Of a DNA stretch of 64,000 bases, positions 20,481 through 29,059 are shown piece after piece. The first letter of the stretch is position 1. Each line of letters opens with the position of its first letter. The stretch covers positions 14,226 through 78,225 of the forward strand of contig JABDCI010000002.1 of NCBI GenBank assembly GCA_013288215.1. Reading direction: 5' to 3'. A program made the translations under genes and the position numbers. The notes under the pieces were generated by a model. That model was not told the origin of the DNA and searched no databases. It worked only from the letters and a program-made list of their open reading frames with translations. The DNA comes from Verrucomicrobiota bacterium (GTDB lineage: Bacteria; Verrucomicrobiota; Verrucomicrobiia; JABWAM01).

Positions 20481-22196
20481 ATGATTGCGCGAATGCATCT
20501 CCGTCTTTTGGATGAAGCGCTGTTTCGTTTCATCAACCAATCCCTGGCCAATCCCGCAGGCGATTTTCTCTTCCCCATTTTCAATCACGCCGCCCCCTTC
20601 ATCCCGCTCGTCGCCCTGGCATTGCTCTGGCTCACCTTTCATAACCTGAAGCGCTATTGGATCGCAGCGCTCACCTGCGTGCTTGCGCTCATCCTCACGG
20701 ACATGCTGATTTCCAATCCACTCAAAAAATCGATCCATCGTCCGCGTCCCGCAGCAATCCTCCACGACGTGCGCGAACTTGCTTCCGGTGCAACCGGAGG
20801 AAACGCCTTTCCCTCCTCCCACACCACCAACGCGTTCCTCGTTGCCACCATTCTCAGCAACTCTTTTCCACGCCGCCGGAATCTCCTGATGTTCTTTGGA
20901 GCAGCTTCCTTGATCGCGTTTTCGCGCATCTACGTCGGTGTGCACTATCCCAGCGACGTCCTCGGATCGGCAATGCTGGGCGTCGTCACGGGATGGATCG
21001 CTTTCCGAATCTCCGGCGCCATCCAACAACGCCGAACCCAAAACACGATCCGGCTTGCGATGGCGGCAGGACCGGGTTTCGTCATCGGTTTGCCACTGGC
21101 CGTTCTTGCACTCATTCAAATCGCACGGCTCGCCTGGACGCATTTCAGCCAGCTCGATGTGCCTGTGGAATGCGCCCGGATCTGGTACGCGGTTCATCTG
21201 GCGCCCGATGCGGCAGGTTTCCTGACACGATGGCTCGGACGATGTTGGTTCGCCCTATTTGGAAGCTCGGCCCTGTCGCTTTGGGCAATGCCCTGGGCCA
21301 TTCAAACCGTGCTCGTCGCCGTCCTGGCGGGGCTTGTGGCACGAAAACAACAGGTTGGCGCGTTGTGGGGGCTTGTTTTTGTGACCGCCACGCTGCCGCT
21401 CATTTCGCAGCTTTCTTTTTTAGGTTCGCCATCCCGGATCTTCGAAAATTCGGATTGGCCCCTGTCGCTTCCTGGCGTCGCGTTTTTTTTCTATCTGATC
21501 TTGGGACTTCCCCTTTGGATTTATGCGCTCTGCAACTTTCGAAGGATCCCCGGGGTTTCAGGTTGCGCACTCGCCGGAATGATCCTGGCGTTTTCATGTC
21601 CCGCACTTCCCTGGCTGGTTCCGGCTGTCTTGAGCGCCGGATGCCTATGGCATGCCGCTCACGATGTGGGAATGGCATTCCAGGGTTTTACGGCGCCATC
21701 GTCGGGCTGGAGGCGTGTGGCGCTCGTCACGGCCGCAGGATATGGCATCCTTTTGAGTGTGGCTGTTTATAATCCGCGTTTTTTGCGCAAACTGGATCTT
21801 TCGTTTCTCCCGCGCAACAGTCCGCATTATCTGCAGACTGGATGGTCCGACTGGCATCATCGCAATCAAGGAAAGATGACCCCACCCGCAGAAATCTGGA
21901 CCGATGCCGAATCCTCCAAATATGTCGCCCAATGGTACCTTGGATCTTCCTTCAAAGTGCGTGGTCCCGCCGAATGGGCGAAGATCCGCCCCTCAGCCCA
22001 TGTTTATTATGTCCATGAAGTCGATTTCGCTCAGATTCATCCTCAAATGATCTTCGTTCCGCGCAACCCCCAGACCCCGCTTGAACCCCGGGAAAACTGG
22101 CGGGAGATGGATTCGTTTGAAGTTTTTCGCCAAGGCGATCCCATCCGTCAATTCCAGCTTTTTTACCTGCCGTCTGGATCTGCGCCAGGCTTGTGA
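20481..22196 (+). CDS. PAP2-family lipid phosphatase fused to a large polytopic + C-terminal soluble domain of unknown function
   Basis: PAP2 motifs KKSIHRPRP, PSSHTTNAF, SRIYVGVHYPSDV in the first ~190 aa; about 8 further TM helices, then a ~130-aa hydrophilic tail. Confidence 0.7.
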   Translation: MIARMHLRLLDEALFRFINQSLANPAGDFLFPIFNHAAPFIPLVALALLWLTFHNLKRYWIAALTCVLALILTDMLISNPLKKSIHRPRPAAILHDVRELASGATGGNAFPSSHTTNAFLVATILSNSFPRRRNLLMFFGAASLIAFSRIYVGVHYPSDVLGSAMLGVVTGWIAFRISGAIQQRRTQNTIRLAMAAGPGFVIGLPLAVLALIQIARLAWTHFSQLDVPVECARIWYAVHLAPDAAGFLTRWLGRCWFALFGSSALSLWAMPWAIQTVLVAVLAGLVARKQQVGALWGLVFVTATLPLISQLSFLGSPSRIFENSDWPLSLPGVAFFFYLILGLPLWIYALCNFRRIPGVSGCALAGMILAFSCPALPWLVPAVLSAGCLWHAAHDVGMAFQGFTAPSSGWRRVALVTAAGYGILLSVAVYNPRFLRKLDLSFLPRNSPHYLQTGWSDWHHRNQGKMTPPAEIWTDAESSKYVAQWYLGSSFKVRGPAEWAKIRPSAHVYYVHEVDFAQIHPQMIFVPRNPQTPLEPRENWREMDSFEVFRQGDPIRQFQLFYLPSGSAPGL

Positions 22197-22274
22197 AATT
22201 TTTCACAAAAGGATTGAAAAGTCCTCTTTGCCCGCGCATTGATTGTTTTATTCTCTGACCTTTGCCATTCAGGA

Positions 22275-23534
22275 ATGGTTCTGACTATGTACGAATTCTT
22301 TGATCAGATCATTTTTAAAATTGGGAATGTGATCATTGCCGTCCTGACTTGGCTTATTTCCTTATTCGCAACCCCTCCTGCATGGCTTCCTGCGGTGGTT
22401 TGGTTCGTTTTCAAAGTCGTTTTAATTATCGCGACCTTCCCTGCAATCTTCGCCATGACGACATGGGCGGAGCGCAAGATCCTGGGCCGCATCCAAAATC
22501 GTCTGGGCCCCAATCGAGTCGGCCCCGTAGGACTCTTTCAGCCGATCGCCGACGGCATTAAAACGCTGACCAAGGAAGACATTGTGCCGGCGATTGCGGA
22601 CAAACCGATCCACACCATGGCCCCAGTCATCGCCGTGGTGGCTTCGTTTCTTGTGATCGCCGTTCTTCCCATCGGGCGCAACATGATCGGCGCCGATTTA
22701 AACATTGGCGTTCTCTTTTTCTTCGCGGCGGGATCGATCAGCGAAGTCTCGATCTTCATGGCGGGCTGGGCATCGCGAAACAAATATTCGCTTCTCGGTG
22801 GCATGCGTGCCATCGCCCAGATGGTTTCCTACGAAATCCCTTTTATTCTCTCTGCGGTGACGGTGGTGATGGTCGTGGGATCGCTTTCCACATCACAGAT
22901 TGTCAGCGCTCAGCAGCTGCATCTGCTCGTCGAGGATCCGGAAGGCCTGGGCGATTTGCTCAAGCGAGTCGTCTTCCATTTTTACAATAACATCGGCGGT
23001 TGGTTCGTCTTCCAACCCTGGGGCTTCTTCGGCTTCGTCATTTTCTTCACTTCGTCGCTCGCTGAATTGAATCGCTCGCCTTTTGACCTTCCTGAAGCAG
23101 AATCTGAAATCATCGCCGGACATCACACGGAATATTCGGGATTCAAATTCGCGCTTTTCGCCCTTTCAGAATATATCAGCATGATCGCCGTCTGCGGGCT
23201 TGCCTCGACTCTTTTTCTCGGCGGCTGGAACGGACCGCACCTCTTGCCAAGCTGGGGATGGTTCTTCCTCAAGGTCTTCTCCCTCATGTTCGTGATGATC
23301 TGGATCCGCGGCACCTTCCCGCGGCTGCGTGCCGACCAGCTGATGGGTTTCGCATGGAAATTCCTTCTTCCCCTTTCCCTGATCAACATTTTCTCGGCGG
23401 GGCTGTGGTATCATATACCTTCGCGCGCCTTCGGGTGGCTTGCCTCGGCCCTGATCATGGGTGGCGCGTACCATTTTCTTTCGAGGGGCGTGGTCACCCG
23501 GGACATCGAGAAGCGAATCTATCGTTTTGCCTGA
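22275..23534 (+). CDS. nuoH: NADH-quinone oxidoreductase subunit H
   Basis: TWAERKILGRIQNRLGPNRVGPVGLFQPIADGIK, LAELNRSPFDLPEAESEIIAGHHTEYSG, IWIRGTFPRLRADQLM; start ATG 22275 or 22287 (ORF-track TTG 22239). Confidence 0.9.
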   Translation: MVLTMYEFFDQIIFKIGNVIIAVLTWLISLFATPPAWLPAVVWFVFKVVLIIATFPAIFAMTTWAERKILGRIQNRLGPNRVGPVGLFQPIADGIKTLTKEDIVPAIADKPIHTMAPVIAVVASFLVIAVLPIGRNMIGADLNIGVLFFFAAGSISEVSIFMAGWASRNKYSLLGGMRAIAQMVSYEIPFILSAVTVVMVVGSLSTSQIVSAQQLHLLVEDPEGLGDLLKRVVFHFYNNIGGWFVFQPWGFFGFVIFFTSSLAELNRSPFDLPEAESEIIAGHHTEYSGFKFALFALSEYISMIAVCGLASTLFLGGWNGPHLLPSWGWFFLKVFSLMFVMIWIRGTFPRLRADQLMGFAWKFLLPLSLINIFSAGLWYHIPSRAFGWLASALIMGGAYHFLSRGVVTRDIEKRIYRFA

Positions 23535-24031
23535 TGGACTACGTTTTTTACATTCTGGCGATTTGGATTGTGGGGAGCGGCCTGCTCGCCATTCTGCAAC
23601 GCAACCTCGTGCATTGCGCCGTCGCTCTCATCGCCTTTTTCGCAGGCATCGCAGGTATCTTCTTTTCCCTGCATGCCGAGTTTCTTGGCGCCATCCAAGT
23701 GGTCGTTTATGTCGGCGCCATTGCCGTGCTGATTCTTTTTGCAATCATGCTGACGCGTCACGTGACCGGCGAGGAGGAGGTCTCCCCGTTTAGCAGGCAC
23801 GCCATTTGGGGCTGGATCGCGAGCGCGGCAGTGCTCTGTGTTCTGCTCTACTCTCTCGACAAGCAAATGTTCGCGATCAGTGCGGAACCTTCGCAGATCA
23901 CGATGCTCGACATCGGCAATGCGATGATGCAGCGTTATGCGGTCCCTTTCGAAGTCATCTCCCTCCTCCTGACAGCAGCCCTTGTGGGCGCCGTCGTCAT
24001 TGCTCTCGAAGAGCCCCGGGAACGAAAATAA
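23534..24031 (+). CDS. nuoJ: NADH-quinone oxidoreductase subunit J
   Basis: 166 aa from ATG 23534 (TGATG overlap with the nuoH stop); MDYVFYILAIWIV...HAEFLGAIQVVVYVGAIAVLILFAIMLT typical NuoJ. Confidence 0.88.
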   Translation: MDYVFYILAIWIVGSGLLAILQRNLVHCAVALIAFFAGIAGIFFSLHAEFLGAIQVVVYVGAIAVLILFAIMLTRHVTGEEEVSPFSRHAIWGWIASAAVLCVLLYSLDKQMFAISAEPSQITMLDIGNAMMQRYAVPFEVISLLLTAALVGAVVIALEEPRERK

Positions 24032-24035
24032 CGCC

Positions 24036-24344
24036 ATGGTGACTCTGACTCATTATCTTGTCTTGGCTGCCGTGGTGTTTTGCATTGGGCTGGCTGGCGT
24101 CCTGACGCGCCGCAATGCAATCATGGTTCTCGTCGGCCTGGAAATGATGCTGAACGCTGGGAACATCAACCTGGTGGCGTTCTGGCGTTATCTCGGATCC
24201 CAGGCCATGTCCGGCCAGATGTTCGCGATTTTCGCCATTGCCGTGGCAGGAGCGGAGGCAGCAGTCGGTCTGGCGCTCCTCATCGCCGTTTATCGCCACT
24301 TCCGCAACGTCAGCGTCGAAGAAATCTCGAGTCTCAAAGGATAA
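24036..24344 (+). CDS. nuoK: NADH-quinone oxidoreductase subunit K
   Basis: 102 aa; MVTLTHYLVLAAVVFCIGLAGVLTRRNAIMVLVGLEMMLNAGNINLVAF; starts 4 nt after the nuoJ stop. Confidence 0.9.
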   Translation: MVTLTHYLVLAAVVFCIGLAGVLTRRNAIMVLVGLEMMLNAGNINLVAFWRYLGSQAMSGQMFAIFAIAVAGAEAAVGLALLIAVYRHFRNVSVEEISSLKG

Positions 24345-24348
24345 TGGC

Positions 24349-26352
24349 ATGCCCTGGATTGTTGAAAATCTTTGGTTGATCGCTTTTCTCCCCTTTTTGG
24401 CCGCGGGAATTTCCGCGCTGATGCCCCGCGCGCAAAAAAAGGCCTCGTCCGGCATCGTCATCTTTGCGATGGCTCTTTCCCTCCTGCTTTCGTTGAAGGC
24501 TGGCGGGTACCTGCTGAAAGCCGGAAGCAGCCACGAAACGCTTCATCTCGTGCGCAATTTTGACTGGCTGCCTTATGGCGACACTGTCATCCGGCTGGGC
24601 TTTCTTCTGGATCCCCTGTCGGCGATGATGCTCTTCGTGGTCTCGTTCGTGAGCCTCCTGGTCTTCATTTTTTCGCTCGGCTACATGGATCATGACGAGA
24701 ACTTCACGCGCTTCTTCACATTCCTTTCGCTCTTTGCGGGTTCCATGCTGGCGCTCGTCATCGCCAACAGTCTTCTCCTGCTTTTTATGGCATGGGAGCT
24801 CGTGGGACTTTCCTCCTATCTCTTGATCGGCTTTTGGTATCAGAAACCCAGCGCGGCGGCGGCGATGAAAAAGGCTTTCATCACGACACGCATCGGGGAT
24901 CTGGGATTTTTCATCGGTCTCCTCTGGTTCCATTACGCAAGCGGAACCTCCCTTTTTTATGATCAGGGCCAGGGAGCTCTCGATCCGACCAAACTCAGCA
25001 TCCTCGGCGGAAGCGCCGCCCTCTGGATTTCGCTGCTCGTTTTCTGCGGCGCCGTCGGCAAATCCGGTCAGTTCCCCCTCCATGTCTGGTTGCCAGACGC
25101 CATGGAAGGCCCAACTCCCGTTTCGGCACTGATCCATGCCGCAACGATGGTGGCTGCAGGTGTGTTCCTGGTCGGCCGCATGTATCCGGTGTTTGAGATC
25201 AATCCCACGGCCCTGGAAGTGGTGGCCTTCGTGGGAGCTTTCACAGCGCTCTTTGCAGCCACCATTGCGGTCGCTCAATGGGACATCAAACGCATCCTCG
25301 CTTATTCCACGGTTTCGCAGCTTGGCTACATGATGATGGGCCTCGGTGTCGGCGGCTATGTCTCCGGGCTCTTCCATCTCTTCACGCACGCGTTTTTCAA
25401 GGCGCTGCTCTTTCTCGGCTCCGGCTCGATCATTCATGCCTGCCATCACGAGCAGGACATTCGAAAAATGGGCGGTCTCAAAGACCGGATGAGCCGGACC
25501 TTTGTTTGCTACATGATCGGAATGTTCGCCCTCTCGGGGGTTCCGCTTTTCGCCGGTTTTTTCAGCAAGGATGAAATTCTTCTTGATGCGCTCCATTTCC
25601 ATCCGGCAAATCTGCCTCACTTCGCCTCGCGGATTCCCATCGTTTTCGGATTAATCGGCGCATTTCTCACGGCATTCTACATGATGCGCCAGGTGAAATA
25701 TGTGTTCTTCGGTTCGCCGCGCGATCATGGCGCCCAACATGCGCACGAATCGGGGTCGCCCATGACTCTTCCTCTCATCTTCCTCGCATTGATGGCGGTT
25801 GCGACGGGATTCCTCGGATGGCCGGGACACAGCTGGTTTCATCATTTCATGGAGCCCGCGGCAGAGGCGCATCCCACGAACCTTTATTTGATGCTTGGAA
25901 GCATTGCGATCGTCCTGATCGCGCTCGGCGTCTCCGCTTTCGTCTACAGCGGCGAGGCGCTGCGGGCTGGTGCGGTCGACCCGCTGGAAGCCCGTTTTGC
26001 CAGCCTTTTCCGCGTGCTGAACAATAAATATTACATCGACGAGTTTTATGAGAAGACGTTCGTTCTTTTCACCCGCACGTTCTCACGCATCATCGTGCGT
26101 TTCGACCGTTACATTCTCAACGGTTTCTTCGTTTGGGGCTCTGCACTGATTGTTTATGGGCTCTCCTTGGTGAATCAGCTCATCGATGAAGCCGCCATCA
26201 ACCGTGGGTTCGACAAAGGCTGCCGTTCCGTGCGAACCGGATCGCAATGGAACCGATGGATCCAGAACGGCCTTTCGCAGCACTATCTGAAAATCACGAG
26301 CCTTGCCATCGTGATTCTTTTCCTGCTGGCTCTTTTCATCGGACGCACTTGA
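24349..26352 (+). CDS. nuoL: NADH-quinone oxidoreductase subunit L
   Basis: 667 aa; antiporter-like core with FPLHVWLPDAMEGPTPVSALIHAATMVAAGV and a long C-terminal extension (lateral-helix region). Confidence 0.9.
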   Translation: MPWIVENLWLIAFLPFLAAGISALMPRAQKKASSGIVIFAMALSLLLSLKAGGYLLKAGSSHETLHLVRNFDWLPYGDTVIRLGFLLDPLSAMMLFVVSFVSLLVFIFSLGYMDHDENFTRFFTFLSLFAGSMLALVIANSLLLLFMAWELVGLSSYLLIGFWYQKPSAAAAMKKAFITTRIGDLGFFIGLLWFHYASGTSLFYDQGQGALDPTKLSILGGSAALWISLLVFCGAVGKSGQFPLHVWLPDAMEGPTPVSALIHAATMVAAGVFLVGRMYPVFEINPTALEVVAFVGAFTALFAATIAVAQWDIKRILAYSTVSQLGYMMMGLGVGGYVSGLFHLFTHAFFKALLFLGSGSIIHACHHEQDIRKMGGLKDRMSRTFVCYMIGMFALSGVPLFAGFFSKDEILLDALHFHPANLPHFASRIPIVFGLIGAFLTAFYMMRQVKYVFFGSPRDHGAQHAHESGSPMTLPLIFLALMAVATGFLGWPGHSWFHHFMEPAAEAHPTNLYLMLGSIAIVLIALGVSAFVYSGEALRAGAVDPLEARFASLFRVLNNKYYIDEFYEKTFVLFTRTFSRIIVRFDRYILNGFFVWGSALIVYGLSLVNQLIDEAAINRGFDKGCRSVRTGSQWNRWIQNGLSQHYLKITSLAIVILFLLALFIGRT

Positions 26353-26354
26353 TT

Positions 26355-27956
26355 ATGAATCTTCTCGCACTCTTTCAGAGCGACATTCTCTCTTCGCTGA
26401 CATTCTTTCCTTTGGTAGGAGCCCTGATCCTGCTGGCTCTTCCAAAGCATGCGCTCGCTCAGATTCGCATGGTTGCTTTTGCCGCGAGCCTGGCCCCGAT
26501 GATTTTCGTGCTGCGCATTTTGCATTTGTTCGATCCCGGAACCGGAAATCTGCAGTTTCCCGCCCGTGGAACATGGATCCCCGCCCTCAATGTCGATTAT
26601 GTCGTGGGCCTTGACGGCTTGAGTGTGGCGATGGTGCTGCTCGTCTCCATCATCATTCCGCTCACGATTCTTGGCGCGGCTCGTATCGTGGGAGAGCCTC
26701 AAGAAAACAAAGTGGGCGCGAAACCCTTTTTTGCGCTGATCCTATTGGAACAAACCGGACTTTACGGCGCCTTCACAGCCTTGAACTTTTTCCACTGGTT
26801 CATCTTTTGGGAAGCATCGCTTGTGCCTCTCTTTTTCCTGATCAAGCTTTATGGGAACGAGGACCGGACGACCGCTGCCTACCAATTTTTTATTTACACG
26901 TTCGTCGGCAGTGTCGCCATGTTGATCGGCATGCAGTTCATTTATCTCGCAACCGGTTCCTGGGATTTCAAGGAACTTGCGGCCCTCGCCCAAACGCCCC
27001 ACGCCGGCGGAAACGAAACGGAGCTCGTTTTTAAAATCAAGGCGTTCGCCGCCACGCTGGGCATTCCTTTTCTTACGAAGCACATCGTCACCCTGCTTTT
27101 CTTCCTCGTCTTGATGGGCTTTGCAATCAAGGTTCCACTCTGGCCCTTTCACACATGGCTTCCGATCAGCTACACGCAGGCTCCGACCGCAGGCTCCATC
27201 ATCCTGACGGCCCTGATGTCGAAAATGGGGGTTTACGGTTTTCTCCGGATTGTTCTTCCGATTTTTAGCCCTTCAGTGATGGAATATTCGCAACTTTTGA
27301 TGAGTCTGGCGCTCCTCACGATTCTTTTCGGAGCTCTGGCGGCCTTTTCGCAGCGGGATCTCAAAACCCTCGTGGCCTATTCGAGCGTAAGCCATCTGGG
27401 CTATTGTCTGCTTGGCCTTTTCGCGGTGGGCGCGACGGGCGGAAGCCTGAACGACCGCGCTCTGGCGCTCAACGGCGTGATCCTCCAGATGTTTGCACAC
27501 GGCCTGAGCGCCGCGGGGCTCTTCTACTTCGTCGGCTTGATCGAGCAGCGCACGGGAACGCGCGATCTGGCCGATCTTGGCGGACTGCGCAAAACGATCC
27601 CCGTCTTTTGCGGCATCATGGGCATCATTCTCTTCGCTTCGCTTGGCCTTCCCGGACTGGCGGGATTTCCGGCTGAATTCATGATCTTCCGGGGATCGTT
27701 TCCGCTCTCCATGATCCTGATCTCCGTCGCCGTGTTGGGCCTGCTTCTCACCGCCCTTTATCTTCTCCGCATGATGGACAAGGTGTTTTTTGGTCCGCAG
27801 GACGACAAATGGAATCAAATCGCAGATCTCTCAGGCCGGGAACGTTTTGTGGGCGGAATGCTTGCCATTTCCCTCTTCGTCGTGGGAATGGTTCCCGCGC
27901 CGTTGGTGGCGCTGTCGAATTCGACCGCGACGCAGCTCGCGAAACTGTTTTCCTGA
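26355..27956 (+). CDS. nuoM: NADH-quinone oxidoreductase subunit M
   Basis: 533 aa from ATG 26355 (2 nt after the nuoL stop); NuoM-type blocks FIFWEASLVPLFFLI, AAYQFFIYTFVGSVAMLIGM, FAIKVPLWPFHTWLP, LTALMSKMGVYGF. Confidence 0.85.
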   Translation: MNLLALFQSDILSSLTFFPLVGALILLALPKHALAQIRMVAFAASLAPMIFVLRILHLFDPGTGNLQFPARGTWIPALNVDYVVGLDGLSVAMVLLVSIIIPLTILGAARIVGEPQENKVGAKPFFALILLEQTGLYGAFTALNFFHWFIFWEASLVPLFFLIKLYGNEDRTTAAYQFFIYTFVGSVAMLIGMQFIYLATGSWDFKELAALAQTPHAGGNETELVFKIKAFAATLGIPFLTKHIVTLLFFLVLMGFAIKVPLWPFHTWLPISYTQAPTAGSIILTALMSKMGVYGFLRIVLPIFSPSVMEYSQLLMSLALLTILFGALAAFSQRDLKTLVAYSSVSHLGYCLLGLFAVGATGGSLNDRALALNGVILQMFAHGLSAAGLFYFVGLIEQRTGTRDLADLGGLRKTIPVFCGIMGIILFASLGLPGLAGFPAEFMIFRGSFPLSMILISVAVLGLLLTALYLLRMMDKVFFGPQDDKWNQIADLSGRERFVGGMLAISLFVVGMVPAPLVALSNSTATQLAKLFS

Positions 27957-27986
27957 GTTTCCAAGTGTGGACGACTCTCTCGTCCT

Positions 27987-28054
27987 AGTTATCCGAATCG
28001 GGAGGTGCGTCTGGACGCAGGATGATGAGGTTTCGGACGCCATCCTTGGAAACC
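27987..28054. repeat. left copy of a 68-bp direct repeat; orphan duplicate of the degP/htrA 3' end
   Basis: 66/68 identical to 29062-29129; on the minus strand it encodes VSKDGVRNLIILRPDAPPDSDN-TAG with no gene body upstream. Confidence 0.9.
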
Positions 28055-28065
28055 AATTCTTGGCA

Positions 28066-28608
28066 TTATAGCGTAAGTTTCCGTGGATGTGAAATGTTGA
28101 CGATTATCTTTAGCAGAGCCGCTTCCGCGCTCTGAATCTGACTATGCTCCACATTTGGGACCATTCGAATCCGTTTCTGTATCGTGTGACGCTCGGCGAG
28201 CTGATGGTCCAATAATATCTGGACGAATTGGTGATCCTTCTGCCGTCCAGCAAAAAGCTTTGAGACAGCCACATCGTGAACTTCCAAACACCATCCCACT
28301 GCCCCGTTTGTGTTCGGAGTACTCACAGGAATTAATCGCTCCTCCCACCCTGTTGGTAGACGAGCCGTTTCGGGCCCCACAGGATCGACAGAAAAGCCGT
28401 GTGTGTTGTGAAAACTGGAATATCGACCGATTGCGTTGAGAAGGCCCGACTGCTCCGCATGATGCCGCGGATACAAGTCCACCTCATCCGTCATCTTCGC
28501 CAAAGGCTCTGCCTTTTTCGGATATTGACCAAGGACGGATGCGGAGCCAATGACTATGAACTCCGTTTCGCCGGTGATTTCCTTATGCGGCTCGCAGCGC
28601 GTGCTCAA
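28066..28608 (-). CDS. minimal nucleotidyltransferase-like protein (AbiEii/MNT/DUF6036-like), cassette gene 2
   Basis: FIVIGSASVLGQYP...MTDEVDLYP (hG[GS]...[DE]x[DE]) and C-terminal CLEVHDVAVSKLFAGRQKDHQFV; start proposed at TTG 28608, overlapping the upstream stop (TTGA); the ORF track extends to 28683. Confidence 0.55.
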   Translation of the reverse strand: MSTRCEPHKEITGETEFIVIGSASVLGQYPKKAEPLAKMTDEVDLYPRHHAEQSGLLNAIGRYSSFHNTHGFSVDPVGPETARLPTGWEERLIPVSTPNTNGAVGWCLEVHDVAVSKLFAGRQKDHQFVQILLDHQLAERHTIQKRIRMVPNVEHSQIQSAEAALLKIIVNISHPRKLTL

Positions 28609-28937
28609 GCTGAAAGTGTTGCATAGCGCTGTCTCTCGTCTTCGGAAAGAATGCCGCAAAATGGCGACGAATGCAGAAGCCAATCGTGTTCCTCAGTGTC
28701 CGTTTCGAGAATGTCGATGATCTGATCCAATGACGAATGGTCTAGAATCTCCAACCATTCCAGCTTTGGAGGTGAAACAAAGCCCGTCTGTTTCCTCTCC
28801 TGTTCGATCCACCGGAGAAGGTTCTCACGCACGTTTTGTATCAAGGAAGGATTCGCACGCAGTTTGCGGGCGATCGCCTTGTCCATTGCGCGATAGCACT
28901 CAACAAGTTGATCATGTCGATTCATAGGACCACTCAC
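28605..28937 (-). CDS. small acidic hypothetical protein, cassette gene 1 (putative partner of the NTase-like protein)
   Basis: 110-aa ORF (GTG 28937 or ATG 28925); no recognisable HEPN Rx4-6H or HTH motif; translationally coupled to the downstream gene. Confidence 0.45.
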   Translation of the reverse strand: MSGPMNRHDQLVECYRAMDKAIARKLRANPSLIQNVRENLLRWIEQERKQTGFVSPPKLEWLEILDHSSLDQIIDILETDTEEHDWLLHSSPFCGILSEDERQRYATLSA

Positions 28938-29059
28938 AATATCTGTAATTTTCAGCCCATCGTAAAGCTCAACCCGACACTACGATCATAGGAGAATCAT
29001 CCCCCACTTAAAGCCCGAAAGGAGTCCGGAAACACTCCCGTCAGCAGGCTGTTGAAAAG

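Noticed and set aside
24334-25620. 428-aa minus-strand ORF inside nuoL. The same applies to 13668-14747, 20301-21197, 29312-30514, 31527-32219, 38737-39444 and 55545-56540.
   Set aside because: All are antisense or out-of-frame to genes with strong family signatures. They have no motifs of their own and show biased Arg/Gly/His composition.
27831-28043. 70-aa minus-strand ORF overlapping the left 68-bp repeat and the nuoM 3' end
   Set aside because: It is in a different frame from the degP-derived codons and antisense to nuoM. The repeat is better explained as a gene-end remnant than as part of a new gene.
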